A stretch of 64,000 nucleotides of DNA from a virus (taxonomy: Duplodnaviria; Caudoviricetes). The translations under genes and the position numbers were made by a program. The notes below the pieces were generated by a model. That model saw nothing but the letters and a program-made list of their open reading frames with translations. It was not told where the DNA came from and made no database searches. The stretch is taken from IMG/VR virus record IMGVR_UViG_3300013121_000046, one strand, 5' to 3'. Each line of letters opens with the position of its first letter. The stretch's first letter is position 1. Shown in pieces: positions 17,506 through 27,736 of this stretch.

Positions 17506-18315
17506 CTACACCTCGCTCGCCATCTCTCGGATTCTTTCCACAGGAACAAAAGCTTTTAAGGGCTTCCCGGACCAATCTTTACCAACTTTAAGAAAACCAT
17601 GAAAAACGGCGGGAGCAAAGGCTGGAGCTTTCACCCAAGAAACCTCCATAAAATCATTACTCCCTTTAATCCCAGGGACACCGCATAGTTCAGCAGTAAT
17701 CCGTTTCTCTCCAGAAACACCTCTATAGAATTTTCCTAAGTCTTCTGATAAATGTCTACAGGTTTCATCCCCATCCTCATACACTTTCCCACATCGAGAG
17801 CATTGAGTATGAGTAACACTCGTACCCATACTCATAGAATCTAATTTTCCAGACAGAATATCTCCAACCAATTTAGGGTGCTTTTGCTTATCCGTCGCAA
17901 CCAAAACATCGACAAAAACTGTAGGCAACTTTTCGGCATATCCGACCTCTTTGTGCCATACCACCCAAGCCACAGCATCTAAAATCTTACCCTTAGAGAA
18001 TTCTTTTATCTGAATGTGCTCTAAGTAATTCTCCGCCATTATGAAACTTTTATAAGACTCTAAAAGAACAGCATTCTGCCAAGCATTTCCATTCTCATTT
18101 ACCCACTGAATATGGGGAGTACAAATAGTGTGGCCATCTTGCTCTACCTCAACGCCAGCTACCGCAGTGCAGTGAGATAAGAGGTATCTATCCGGAGTAT
18201 ATAAAGAAAAATCTACCTGCGCAGAACCGCTATTTTTTGAGGCGAATCGCTCCCATTTAGCCCAAAATCGGGGGCCAGTTAAAATTCCAGCAACTTTGCC
18301 CAAACGGTGACGCAT
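17506..18315 (-). CDS. Prohead (capsid maturation) protease with Zn-binding insert
   Basis: N.NG.AW, Y.SFI...NYLEH, SKGKILDAV, SMSMG (catalytic Ser), CSRCG...CRHL, F.EVSWV..PAF. Confidence 0.82.
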   Translation of the reverse strand: MRHRLGKVAGILTGPRFWAKWERFASKNSGSAQVDFSLYTPDRYLLSHCTAVAGVEVEQDGHTICTPHIQWVNENGNAWQNAVLLESYKSFIMAENYLEHIQIKEFSKGKILDAVAWVVWHKEVGYAEKLPTVFVDVLVATDKQKHPKLVGDILSGKLDSMSMGTSVTHTQCSRCGKVYEDGDETCRHLSEDLGKFYRGVSGEKRITAELCGVPGIKGSNDFMEVSWVKAPAFAPAVFHGFLKVGKDWSGKPLKAFVPVERIREMASEV

Positions 18316-18331
18316 TCGTATCTCCAGAACC

Positions 18332-18523
18332 CTATTGAATCTTCGATAAGAGCATGTCCATTATCTGTATCTGCTCTTGAAGCTCGGATCGTTGCTTCTG
18401 CATCGAGGTTTTCCATCTCCGAAGTAAGGGTAAATCAACCCTACGTCGCTCATCCCGAATAATATCTTTTACGTCTTGCCGCGTTAAACTCTCAGCAAGA
18501 CGTAACCTTCGCTCTATCGCCAT
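18332..18523 (-). CDS. Small hypothetical protein (start MAIERRLRLA)
   Basis: ATG 4 nt after the upstream gene stop; coiled-coil C-terminus. Confidence 0.6.
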   Translation of the reverse strand: MAIERRLRLAESLTRQDVKDIIRDERRRVDLPLLRRWKTSMQKQRSELQEQIQIMDMLLSKIQ

Positions 18524-18527
18524 AGGG

Positions 18528-18737
18528 TTACCCGGATTTTCCCCGCCTATTTCTCTCAATCTGTTCTTGTGACTGATCCCGTGTACACCCAATGTCTCGT
18601 AACATATCTTTCAGGACCGCTAACTCACCCTTAGGGTGTACAGCATAAATTTCCCGAGCATCTACCCCCTTTGCCCTTAAATCGGCCAACATATCCTGTT
18701 TCTTCTTACTGATATCCTCTCTACTGTACTTACTCAT
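18528..18737 (-). CDS. Small hypothetical protein
   Basis: ORF in operon. Confidence 0.6.
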   Translation of the reverse strand: MSKYSREDISKKKQDMLADLRAKGVDAREIYAVHPKGELAVLKDMLRDIGCTRDQSQEQIERNRRGKSG

Positions 18738-18752
18738 AACAGCACTCTATCT

Positions 18753-19184
18753 TTAAGGTTTCGCTAAGTCGTTAATCTGAACTTCCACGCGATCTATAGC
18801 TCTCTCATTTTCTCTTATTCTGCGATCTTGCTCTGCCACCAAAGCATTTATATTATCCATATTCTTAATCAACCAAGGCGGAGGCATCTTATTAAAAGCT
18901 GTTTCTAACTTTACTTCCCATCTTGTCTCAGCATCACGAATCTCATCATGCCAATCCCGCTCCTGGGCCGACAATGCGGCTGAGGTCGCAGAATGTAGGC
19001 CATAAATTAAACCCAAATTAGCAGCAACAGCACTAACTATCAAAGCTACCAAAGCCATCCAGTTCGTACTGGATAGTCTGACGACCGAATACACCTCGCT
19101 GGAAGAATTCCCCAGGACTTCCTGAGCACTCAGATAATTATGCTCACCATCAGCAGAATCCATTGGTACATAATTAGGAGTCAT
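18753..19184 (-). CDS. Single-pass membrane protein with C-terminal coiled coil
   Basis: Hydrophobic WMALVALIVSAVAANLGLIYGL segment; heptad-rich tail. Confidence 0.65.
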   Translation of the reverse strand: MTPNYVPMDSADGEHNYLSAQEVLGNSSSEVYSVVRLSSTNWMALVALIVSAVAANLGLIYGLHSATSAALSAQERDWHDEIRDAETRWEVKLETAFNKMPPPWLIKNMDNINALVAEQDRRIRENERAIDRVEVQINDLAKP

Positions 19185-19207
19185 CTCTAAAGCTCCAATG
19201 GAAATTC

Positions 19208-19615
19208 TTAACGATTTAAGAAGCTAGACAAGTTTCTCCTCAATACCCCCTGAGCTACGATAGTCCTTTCCTGGGCGACATCAGCCCACACTTCTGTACC
19301 CGGTCCTTGATTCGTGGTCACGGAAGAAGACTCTGTAGGGGGAGTTATTACTCCACTCAACCGGGCTCTACCAGATTTATTTACAGCTTCGGCTCGAACA
19401 CAAATTGCCGGTTTCAAATCATCCCGTTTAACTCTCCCGGTAGAATCAGGATCAATAAAACTCTGCGCTACCCCGTCATTCCACCAGTGGCCTCGATTAG
19501 GGTCTGCCGGTGTGTAAGTATCGGTTGCGTAAGTATTCTGAATTTGTACCAGGGAAAGTTTTCCCGTAGGGAAATACATAGTGCAAACCGGTGAGGTATG
19601 TCGTCTCTGAGCCAT
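19208..19615 (-). CDS. Hypothetical head-module protein
   Basis: ORF in operon. Confidence 0.65.
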   Translation of the reverse strand: MAQRRHTSPVCTMYFPTGKLSLVQIQNTYATDTYTPADPNRGHWWNDGVAQSFIDPDSTGRVKRDDLKPAICVRAEAVNKSGRARLSGVITPPTESSSVTTNQGPGTEVWADVAQERTIVAQGVLRRNLSSFLNR

Positions 19616-19620
19616 TTTAT

Positions 19621-20820
19621 TTACCCAACATAAAAGGTGTCAGACTCGGCAGGATCCTCAATCAAGTCAGAAAGCTTATCCCGAATCTCATGAAAATCTT
19701 GCTCCTTGACTTGATATCTCGTCTCCGGAATATCATGGACCATTTGTCGCATCTCTTTCTGATATTCCGAAAAAGAGTCAGCCTTTCTACAGTTACCGAT
19801 CTCAAACTTGGCTTCCTTCTCACTACTTTCGTCCAAATCCTCGGCTTTATCTGACGCCGCATAGGATATTCCACTAAGGAAATCTGCCTCATAGGCATCG
19901 GCAATTCGATGTAATCGCACATCGGAGCTTTCTCTAAACCCTTCCGCTGTAGCTAGAACCATCCTAATAACATTATGAATAGCTTCTGCCGCCATAGGGC
20001 CCCGGGAAGCCTCACGAGTTTTACGAGAGGCATAAAGACTATCTAAAGATGCAGCAAACTCAGCAGCAGCCAAGACATTTTGAGAGCCTTGGGTGTACCC
20101 TAAAATACTTACTTTTTTACCCAGATCTCTTAGCCTCTGAATAGCGGCTAATCTACTGGCATGAACAGGCATAGGATAACCCCACTGAGGAACCCGCGAC
20201 TGAGGAACCCGCGACTGAGGAACTCCAGGGCGTTTAGGGTTTGTTACTCGGGGATTTATTTTATACCTAGAGGCAGCACCAAACTCTGGGTCTGTACTTG
20301 GATTACTCTGAGCCCGCTTCAAAAGCATAGACCCATATAGTTTACCTAGACTATCAATATCACTAGCGTGCATCCCAACTTTTTTCAGGATGTTTTTCAC
20401 TTCCGGTTGCATTAAGGCATTATACAGTCTAGGATTCTGATGAAACCGATCCTTAAATTGCTGAAACCAGGCTTGGTTCCTCTGATCCCGCTGCTTTTCG
20501 TACGAAGGTTGCCCCCAAAATGCGGTGATATGTTTTTTTGTCGCAGTCTTCCTTTTCCCACTAAAGTTATAGGCAAAATCTTCCTTCTTAACTAAATCAT
20601 CCACATCTTCCTGCCCAACTGCATACGGCCACTGCACGATAAGCCGATCTTCCGCCACATGACCTAAGACTTTTCCCACAATCGGTACTTGCGAGGTGTC
20701 TGCTAACACCACCTCATCCCCCACCTCAAAATGAGCGTTTCGATGTGTATCATAAAGTTGAACATAAGAATTTATGTTCTGACCACTGGTCTCATTAATA
20801 TTTGCTTGACGCTTGGTCAT
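19621..20820 (-). CDS. Hypothetical virion protein with N-terminal SH3/KOW-like domain
   Basis: FEVGDEV...VGKV....IVQWP..EDVDDL; VPQSR repeats; K/R-x-A motifs. Confidence 0.65.
   Translation of the reverse strand: MTKRQANINETSGQNINSYVQLYDTHRNAHFEVGDEVVLADTSQVPIVGKVLGHVAEDRLIVQWPYAVGQEDVDDLVKKEDFAYNFSGKRKTATKKHITAFWGQPSYEKQRDQRNQAWFQQFKDRFHQNPRLYNALMQPEVKNILKKVGMHASDIDSLGKLYGSMLLKRAQSNPSTDPEFGAASRYKINPRVTNPKRPGVPQSRVPQSRVPQWGYPMPVHASRLAAIQRLRDLGKKVSILGYTQGSQNVLAAAEFAASLDSLYASRKTREASRGPMAAEAIHNVIRMVLATAEGFRESSDVRLHRIADAYEADFLSGISYAASDKAEDLDESSEKEAKFEIGNCRKADSFSEYQKEMRQMVHDIPETRYQVKEQDFHEIRDKLSDLIEDPAESDTFYVG
20184..20226. repeat. Coding tandem repeat, ~3 x 15 bp (VPQSR)
   Basis: CTGAGGAACCCGCGA units. 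Confidence 0.85.
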
Positions 20821-20895
20821 AAAATTCTCCCGAAAGGGAACCTAAGCTAATATCCCGGTATAAGCAATGATTGCTAAGACTGAACGCCAAAAGGC

Positions 20896-21369
20896 CTAGA
20901 ATTCCACCCGCCACTTAGGATAAAAATTCCGCACTGTACCAGATACAGAAAGTATCCTGGAAATAATAAAAGAATGGATCCCTCCGTGTGTGGTGCAGAC
21001 TCCATACAAGTATCTTTGAGGACCATATCGAGTAGCCTTTACACGAATCGAGTATGGTTCAATTTCCCTAGTAACCACACGATTATTCTCAGTCTTTTTT
21101 CTATACCGAAGAATAACCGTACGTCTCCCCCGAGCATAATCCGCAACTAAAGACATAATCTCCCTAGGTTTTGCCGTGTACTGTTCTGGGATAGTCCTCC
21201 CACCCCGAGGAATAGTTCCTGGGGAATAGTTAGACCGATTATACCCCTTTTTGAAGGTCTTAGGGATTCTAGGTAACTTCCAACTCTGGTCGTTACCTGT
21301 GTCCGGAGGCATAGGCAATCCATAAACCGATACTTGATTTCTATGAATCCCCATAATCATCCCCAGCAT
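20896..21369 (-). CDS. WYL domain protein
   Basis: ILRY.K......REIEPYSI, YLYGVC, IHSF..SRI..V. Confidence 0.8.
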   Translation of the reverse strand: MLGMIMGIHRNQVSVYGLPMPPDTGNDQSWKLPRIPKTFKKGYNRSNYSPGTIPRGGRTIPEQYTAKPREIMSLVADYARGRRTVILRYRKKTENNRVVTREIEPYSIRVKATRYGPQRYLYGVCTTHGGIHSFIISRILSVSGTVRNFYPKWRVEF

Positions 21370-24300
21370 TATGATTTACAGCTTTACTCCGAGTCTTACC
21401 CTTAGGTCGATTCTTCAGAATACTCTTAATGGTACTAGAACTCAAAAGTTTCCCAGGTAGCTTAACCGGACCCCCCTTAATTTTTTCTGTGACCACTGAA
21501 GCCAGTCTGTTGGCAGTTACTGGGGCCGAGGGGGAGCCCAAATCTCCGGCTGGAGGAGCACCTAAACTGGTATCATCAAGACCTAACCCACTTCCAGTAG
21601 GGGGTAGACCTAACTCACCCCCAGTGGGAGGTAACCCTAAGTCAGCACCACCTAAACCTATATCACTACCTCCGGATGGGAACATATCCAAACCGGGGCC
21701 TAAACCACCCACACCGCCACCACCAGGGGCCGGCTCACCTCGGGCTTGTGATTGCACATCCAAATTTAGCCCCTCAATAACCCTGCGAACAAAATCCGTC
21801 TGCTGAGTAATAACCGGAGCAACCTCAGGATATATGGATTCCATTAACCGGTTAAACACTGGATCCTTGATTGTACCCAGATCTTCTAATAGGGCTGTTT
21901 CATTCTCTTCAGAATCAATGTTGTGTAAATCAAGCAAATAACGTAGGGCCAAAGACCCCTTCTGATGTAACTGAAAGAGTTGGTCATAGACTTCAACATT
22001 ATCCCTAATCGAAAGTCTATTGAATCGCAGGGTTGAATGGTTGTAAATCTTATTTATCTGCATAACCCGACGACGTAACGTCCCATCATGCTGCTGGAGA
22101 ATATCATCTCCCGGAACAATCTCTTCCGGCTCTATCTTAATCCAAGTTTCAATCTCCTCGAAGAAGAAATGTCCCTTGGCCTCGGCCATAGGCCTAAATA
22201 AAACTTTCTCAACGTAGTTCTTCATTAACTCACGAAAAACAAGATACTGGGTGTTTTGCAATTCTAAGGTGATTCGTTGCCCACCATAAGTTGCAGCCCC
22301 TGTGAGCATCTCTTTTGTAGTCCCCAAGCCTGTGGCCAAGTCCTCACGCAGGGTCTGATATTCAGTGTCTACTTGGAGCAAACGATCATTTGCTCCGATG
22401 GTCTGCCATTCTACTGAATAATTTGTAATAATGGGATAATCAGCTTGCTCTAAAAGAGCTAAATCTACCTGCCCACGCAAATCATCCAACTGAGGTGGGG
22501 TAATGCCATCAGCATATATCAAAAGCTTAGGCTGCATATTCCGAGAGGATATCTGAAGCTGGGCGTTCTTCAAATTCTCCAGTCGAAATAGAGTCTCTAA
22601 ACATCGCTCAATCAACGAGACCCCGTATTGCTCATTCGGAGGCCTATTTCTAGCTAGGTGATAGACAAAAGAACCTTGTGCTGGATCTGTATTAAGGGGG
22701 ACACCCTCACCAAAGTCCAAAGCATCTCGTAACTCTTCGGGAATATCATCCTCCAACTCAGCAAATAGATCGGCCAAATTATCTGAGGAAGATGTAAGAT
22801 ACAAATCCCGATCAGTCATTCTTCGGACAGCCGCAGTATCTACTAAGGGCCTAGCAAAAAAGATGATCTCTTGGTTTCTTTTGAAGGGATGGATAAGTGA
22901 ATGGCAGTTGCCGGCACTAACTCCTTCTACCATAAGAGAATGAGTCTCTTCAACTGTCAGGTTATACACATCCCCTGTATACTCAACTTCGGTGATATTA
23001 CTCACAGGATAAAAAGCATATTCCCCAGGCTCGTAGCTCGGATCGTTCAACTTAGAGAAATACCGAGCAGGAGTCTCATTAAAATGAATCTTAGGCCTAC
23101 TTCTAACTGATTTCTGGGTGTCAGAATCATACTCAACCAATGACACGGTTTTTCTATTAATCGAGGGTCGCCATCTATTCCATAACCCCACTCGTAAAGT
23201 CATAAGCCGCAATTGGGCCGCAAGCTTTCTGCTAACAGTGGCAGATGTCATACTACCATTAGGTCTATCGCAACCATCACCATCCCAATAAGCCCTCAAC
23301 AAAACCTTCTGCTGTTCCTTAGGGAGGTGAATCCATCTCTCGGTGAGAACTTTCTCATAGGCCCCAGTGCCCGCTTCTTCCTCGAAGAACTTAAAGGCAG
23401 CCTGATTTACGTATCTAACAATCGTGCCGTAATGCGGGTGAGGATCCTTGACAATAGCACGATTAAATGATTTCGGCACCCTAGGGTCCGACATGTGCCC
23501 GCAGTTTTTACATCGGGCTCGTTTTTCTAAACCGGACCTACGGTCTGGGCCTTTGTTGTACAAATACTTATTAGGGGCATTACAAGCTGGGCAAGGGCCG
23601 GAATACCAATCCAAAGGCTTTCTTACGGGCTTAAGCTCCGTATTTGTCTGCCAATCCCTGGGTTGGTTAAACCTCTTCCCATAACTGATTTCTGGTGGGA
23701 AGCATTTCTCTAGGAGCCGAGCAATCTCTTCAGCTTCCCTTTTCTCCGTGTGACCTAAAGTAAAAATAACTGTGTCGCTTGTTCCTCGGTACAGTGATCC
23801 CTCTGCTAAGTACCAACCCATAAGGTTGCACAGATCCGCATCTATATCGTCCTGAGGAATTTCTTCTCCCATCTTTGGTGAGATCAGCCAATCACCCGGA
23901 CGAATAGCCTTCGCCGGAATCTTAACCGCTTGTCTCTGCTGAGTCTGAACCTCTACGGCAACCCCCCCAGATTGGAAGAAATTTTCTTCCTCTGAAATAA
24001 TTTCAGAATCTCTCCATACGTAAACTGGGTGCTCCGGAGTTACCCGGAGTTTGTTGGGTAATCCGAACGCAGATATCTCTAACAAAGTCCCCCGACTGGG
24101 GTTTTTGTGGGTTTCAAGGACTGCTCTAGGCTTCCCTTGATGGTCGATAACCCTCTCACCAACCCGAATATCCTTGATAGCCTTCCAAGTCCCATCGGCC
24201 ATAGTGACCTGGGAATTGGGGTGAAAACAGTACTCTGCCGGAAGAACAAAACACTCACTCCATTCCTTAAGCTCATCATCCCATTCATGCCAAATATAAA

Positions 24301-24778
24301 CAGAACCCACCAACCAATACTCCCGAGCAATATCCAGTAGCAATGTTGCGAGATCATTACGCTCAGCGAAATCCTCATAAATACGGTTAATCTCTACATT
24401 CTGTTTATGATTGGGCCCTTTTGGGGGGCCAATAGTCATTCGAGACATTGGCAACTCAGAATGCAACTCTACCGCCCGACCCACAAAAGGATCAACCCGA
24501 CCAAAGTATCGGTACAGAGCAAGTCTATCAGCCCGACTTAAAGTGTACTGGAGAACAGCCAGAGGGCTATTCGTAGCCAAAATGGAGGGTAAAGCCGCTG
24601 ATGAACCCCCATACCCAGAGGAGAACCCGACACTTAACGCTGAAGCTGAGGCTGAGGCTGATCTCTTTCCAGCCTTTCGCATAGAAGATACAATATCATC
24701 CGTAATTCGACGGGCAGTAACCATCGAAGCCCAAGCTGGGTCACGAATAGCAGACACTGTGTTGTCTGTATCAGCCAT
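21341..24778 (-). CDS. Portal protein containing an intein
   Basis: R.F...DP.VGRAVELHSELP, REYWL.G, HLAR.......YG.S.IERC, LG....ML.G..TY; G/P-rich C-tail; downstream of terminase. Confidence 0.85.
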   Translation of the reverse strand: MADTDNTVSAIRDPAWASMVTARRITDDIVSSMRKAGKRSASASASALSVGFSSGYGGSSAALPSILATNSPLAVLQYTLSRADRLALYRYFGRVDPFVGRAVELHSELPMSRMTIGPPKGPNHKQNVEINRIYEDFAERNDLATLLLDIAREYWLVGSVYIWHEWDDELKEWSECFVLPAEYCFHPNSQVTMADGTWKAIKDIRVGERVIDHQGKPRAVLETHKNPSRGTLLEISAFGLPNKLRVTPEHPVYVWRDSEIISEEENFFQSGGVAVEVQTQQRQAVKIPAKAIRPGDWLISPKMGEEIPQDDIDADLCNLMGWYLAEGSLYRGTSDTVIFTLGHTEKREAEEIARLLEKCFPPEISYGKRFNQPRDWQTNTELKPVRKPLDWYSGPCPACNAPNKYLYNKGPDRRSGLEKRARCKNCGHMSDPRVPKSFNRAIVKDPHPHYGTIVRYVNQAAFKFFEEEAGTGAYEKVLTERWIHLPKEQQKVLLRAYWDGDGCDRPNGSMTSATVSRKLAAQLRLMTLRVGLWNRWRPSINRKTVSLVEYDSDTQKSVRSRPKIHFNETPARYFSKLNDPSYEPGEYAFYPVSNITEVEYTGDVYNLTVEETHSLMVEGVSAGNCHSLIHPFKRNQEIIFFARPLVDTAAVRRMTDRDLYLTSSSDNLADLFAELEDDIPEELRDALDFGEGVPLNTDPAQGSFVYHLARNRPPNEQYGVSLIERCLETLFRLENLKNAQLQISSRNMQPKLLIYADGITPPQLDDLRGQVDLALLEQADYPIITNYSVEWQTIGANDRLLQVDTEYQTLREDLATGLGTTKEMLTGAATYGGQRITLELQNTQYLVFRELMKNYVEKVLFRPMAEAKGHFFFEEIETWIKIEPEEIVPGDDILQQHDGTLRRRVMQINKIYNHSTLRFNRLSIRDNVEVYDQLFQLHQKGSLALRYLLDLHNIDSEENETALLEDLGTIKDPVFNRLMESIYPEVAPVITQQTDFVRRVIEGLNLDVQSQARGEPAPGGGGVGGLGPGLDMFPSGGSDIGLGGADLGLPPTGGELGLPPTGSGLGLDDTSLGAPPAGDLGSPSAPVTANRLASVVTEKIKGGPVKLPGKLLSSSTIKSILKNRPKGKTRSKAVNHNAGDDYGDS
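22907..24229 (-). mobile_element. Intein (441 aa) with LAGLIDADG endonuclease in portal
   Basis: Y|CFHPNSQVTMADG, VTPEHP, MGWYLAEGS, LRAYWDGDG, VYNLTV...VSAGN|C. Confidence 0.93.
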
Positions 24779-24783
24779 AAAAT

Positions 24784-25341
24784 TTACCTAGGCTTAATTC
24801 CAACTCTACGAAGGGACTCTATTGCGGCTGCCACAGCCCGAGAGACTGCCAAGGCTCTACTAGCTGCCTCTCTGTTTTCATCCCGCTGATTCTTCCTATA
24901 CTCGCTATCAATCTTAGGCAGAGCATCCACTAAAAGTCGAAAACTTTGATCCAAATCATTTTTCCATACTTCCCTTTTGCGAATCTCCTCAGCCACTGCT
25001 CGTTGCCTCTCCTCATCGACAGCCTGTAAAATTTCTTTTCTCCGTCTCAGTAATGCCATCCTACGTGAGCCTAATCGCTTAATATCTTGTTCTATTCTCC
25101 CCCGTAGAACGACTAGCTCCTCTGGATTTAATGACTTTCCAGACTCCAATCTATCATTAGCTGCCTTTAACTGATTCTGCAAATCCATAATTTCTTGAGT
25201 AGCCATCCTAGCCGCAGCCTGCACCTCTGTTTTTGTTTTGAACTCATTCGGATTAGTACTCCGTAACCGAACCTCTTCCGTCTCTGTTTTGGATAGAATT
25301 TCCGGATCTTCCTCAACATTTGCAGATTTACTTTTTGCCAT
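24784..25341 (-). CDS. Coiled-coil hypothetical protein between terminase and portal
   Basis: Heptad-rich ORF in operon. Confidence 0.65.
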   Translation of the reverse strand: MAKSKSANVEEDPEILSKTETEEVRLRSTNPNEFKTKTEVQAAARMATQEIMDLQNQLKAANDRLESGKSLNPEELVVLRGRIEQDIKRLGSRRMALLRRRKEILQAVDEERQRAVAEEIRKREVWKNDLDQSFRLLVDALPKIDSEYRKNQRDENREAASRALAVSRAVAAAIESLRRVGIKPR

Positions 25342-25343
25342 AG

Positions 25344-27218
25344 CTATCGTCCTAACCTATTACTGAATGGATTCTTACGGACATTCCTAGCAGTAGACTG
25401 TCTAAGTCTAGCTCGTAAAACCTGAGCCCTTTCCTGTACTCTCCGGGCCTGGGCAGAGTGTCTAGGATTAACTTTAACAAAAGGTTTACTCTCTTGCTCT
25501 ACCCTAGCTGCCCAAAGAGCCCGACTAAAACTACTATACTGGTCATCATGTTGGCCTTCAATCTCAGGCGCTGAAATACTAATTCTCGGGGGATCACCAC
25601 TGAAAATCTTTCTCTGCATTCTTGACAACTCTGAAACTAAACTGTCACGATCCAACCAATCTCGCTCATCTGCATAAAAAATGACTCTTTTTTGAGACAC
25701 CATCGCTACCGCATGGCGAGCAACAATGTCATTAAAAGCTCTAGTGACATGGACTGCCTCCAACTTTATGCGAGCCGAACCTTTCAAATGGCTCTTTAAG
25801 CCAGCATCATTATACTGATCGCAAATACCACTCTGACAACCAAAGTAATCAAACAGGTAATCCACTCTTTGAGCAATTTCCCTAATATCCAACTCATCTA
25901 CGTCCGCATACTCCCCCAAACCAATCCGCCAAAGTTCCTGATGAACTACCCGGCATTCCCCGGTCTCATTGCTAGAAACTACAGTAATAGAGGTACCATC
26001 ATTCCTCAGGCCTAAATCCACCCCCATATAAGCTATTTCCCCAGGCTCCAGTACACCAATTTTATGTGCAGAATTTTGACAACAAGCTGTAATGTCTGCC
26101 TTAGTAAAGGCGGCAATTTCTTGATCGAGATACTCAGCTTCATACTCCTGCCGATAAGCTATAGGGTCAACCGCATGGGCATTCTTAAAAAAACTACTAA
26201 CGATATTCTCAGATATCCAATAACTGGGCATCCACACAACTAGACCATTAGTTAATTCTCCACTCCAAATCTTATCCTCAAGCTCATACATATGGGATTC
26301 ACGAGAAACAGGAGTGCTAACTACAAAAACTTGTCCCGCCGGTTCCCCTGTTTCAGGATCCGTAAAATCCGCTAGCGAAGGAGCAATGGCCTTAAAAATC
26401 TCTCTATCCGAACGATTCGAGCCAGCGGCTCGCAACTCAGCCATAAAAAGTCCGTACTCTTCCAGTAGGGCAATCATATTACCCGGACCACGAATGGCCC
26501 GAGCGGAACAAGCTGCGGCAGCCAAAAATACACCAGAATCTGAGGACTGCCCCCTATCTAAATTGGCCTGTGTGTACAGCGTCATTCTTTGTCGAGAATC
26601 CTTGTCTACAAATCTCTTAAGATACGGGGAACTAGATATCGTATCTCTAGCTGGAGAAAGTAGCTGTTCCGCCTGTTCCTTATTTGTAGCAACCAAGGTC
26701 ATCCCGATAGGCTGAGCTTTTCGGAAATTGAAATGCTTTTGCGGATCATCAATTCTTAAGAGCCGATAAGCTTCATAGGCTGTAATCCACTGGGATAAGG
26801 TAGTCTTACCGGAACGTCGGCCTAATCTCAAAATAGTATAGGAGTAAGCCCTACCCTGTCTATTCTGATGCTGTTCCAAAGTGATGTTACATCGTCCCTC
26901 AGAATTTAGCATCTGAAGGAATTCTACTTCTGTATACAAACCAGTCTGATTCTCCTTGAATCTATCCCAGGTATAAATATCCTTTACCGTATCATCTAGG
27001 GGGATTCCATATACCAGCTTAAGTATAAATCTCTGTGCCGGCCAGGGTTTCTCATACACTCCCCAAGGAGCCTGAACATAGGTTAGCACATCTACAGCAG
27101 AATCCGGGGGTTTCTCCCCGATCATGTCTCCTAGGACTGAGACAAGATTTCTATTTCCAACTCCCCGAGACTCCTGCCTAAGAATCTCTTTTTCTAGGGC
27201 TTCGGTTAAAACCCCCAT
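25344..27218 (-). CDS. terL: Terminase large subunit
   Basis: P.QR.ILK, LGRRSGKT Walker A, VAT.KEQA, RG, VSTP motif III, QEYEAEY, MGVDLG nuclease, HDD. Confidence 0.93.
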   Translation of the reverse strand: MGVLTEALEKEILRQESRGVGNRNLVSVLGDMIGEKPPDSAVDVLTYVQAPWGVYEKPWPAQRFILKLVYGIPLDDTVKDIYTWDRFKENQTGLYTEVEFLQMLNSEGRCNITLEQHQNRQGRAYSYTILRLGRRSGKTTLSQWITAYEAYRLLRIDDPQKHFNFRKAQPIGMTLVATNKEQAEQLLSPARDTISSSPYLKRFVDKDSRQRMTLYTQANLDRGQSSDSGVFLAAAACSARAIRGPGNMIALLEEYGLFMAELRAAGSNRSDREIFKAIAPSLADFTDPETGEPAGQVFVVSTPVSRESHMYELEDKIWSGELTNGLVVWMPSYWISENIVSSFFKNAHAVDPIAYRQEYEAEYLDQEIAAFTKADITACCQNSAHKIGVLEPGEIAYMGVDLGLRNDGTSITVVSSNETGECRVVHQELWRIGLGEYADVDELDIREIAQRVDYLFDYFGCQSGICDQYNDAGLKSHLKGSARIKLEAVHVTRAFNDIVARHAVAMVSQKRVIFYADERDWLDRDSLVSELSRMQRKIFSGDPPRISISAPEIEGQHDDQYSSFSRALWAARVEQESKPFVKVNPRHSAQARRVQERAQVLRARLRQSTARNVRKNPFSNRLGR

Positions 27219-27220
27219 AA

Positions 27221-27727
27221 CTAACTACCCTTCTCCTTTACAACTAACTCCTTAGATAATCTCTCTTCTATCTTTGGTAGTATATTTTTAATCAACAACT
27301 CTCTTTGATCCGCTTCTAAGCCTGTCTCACTCATTACATCCTTAAACAACACTAAAACAGTGGCAATCAGTTGAAGTTGTGCGTTAGCATCTGTTCGTTC
27401 CCGCTGCCTGTCTAAAATATCTGTGAGGGACTTAAGAGCCTTAATTCTTCGAGCAGCAATATTCGCGGCAGCAGCCACATTCTGCCTATTTAGCATCGTA
27501 TTACGATAGCTATCAAGATTGGATAACTCTGCTGTAATTTCTAAGATAGCCCTCTCCTGTAAACTTAAAGTCTGTCCACCTAACTGCCTTAACGCACAGG
27601 ATTCCAAACTCTCTAAATTCACCATTGTCACGGGTGAATTAGGGCTCTGTTGAGATAGTGTAGACAAAGAAAAACCAGCAGGACCTAAAGTAGTCCCTGC
27701 TGGTTGAGGTGTGTTCGGCTGAATCAA
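27221..27727 (-). CDS. Possible terminase small subunit
   Basis: Helical ORF directly upstream of terL; positional inference only. Confidence 0.45.
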   Translation of the reverse strand: MIQPNTPQPAGTTLGPAGFSLSTLSQQSPNSPVTMVNLESLESCALRQLGGQTLSLQERAILEITAELSNLDSYRNTMLNRQNVAAAANIAARRIKALKSLTDILDRQRERTDANAQLQLIATVLVLFKDVMSETGLEADQRELLIKNILPKIEERLSKELVVKEKGS

Positions 27728-27736
27728 GATAGACTC

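Noticed and set aside
18332-18737. Programmed frameshift joining two overlapping ORFs
   Set aside because: The second ORF has its own ATG at 18523 just after the first stop, and no slippery heptamer is evident
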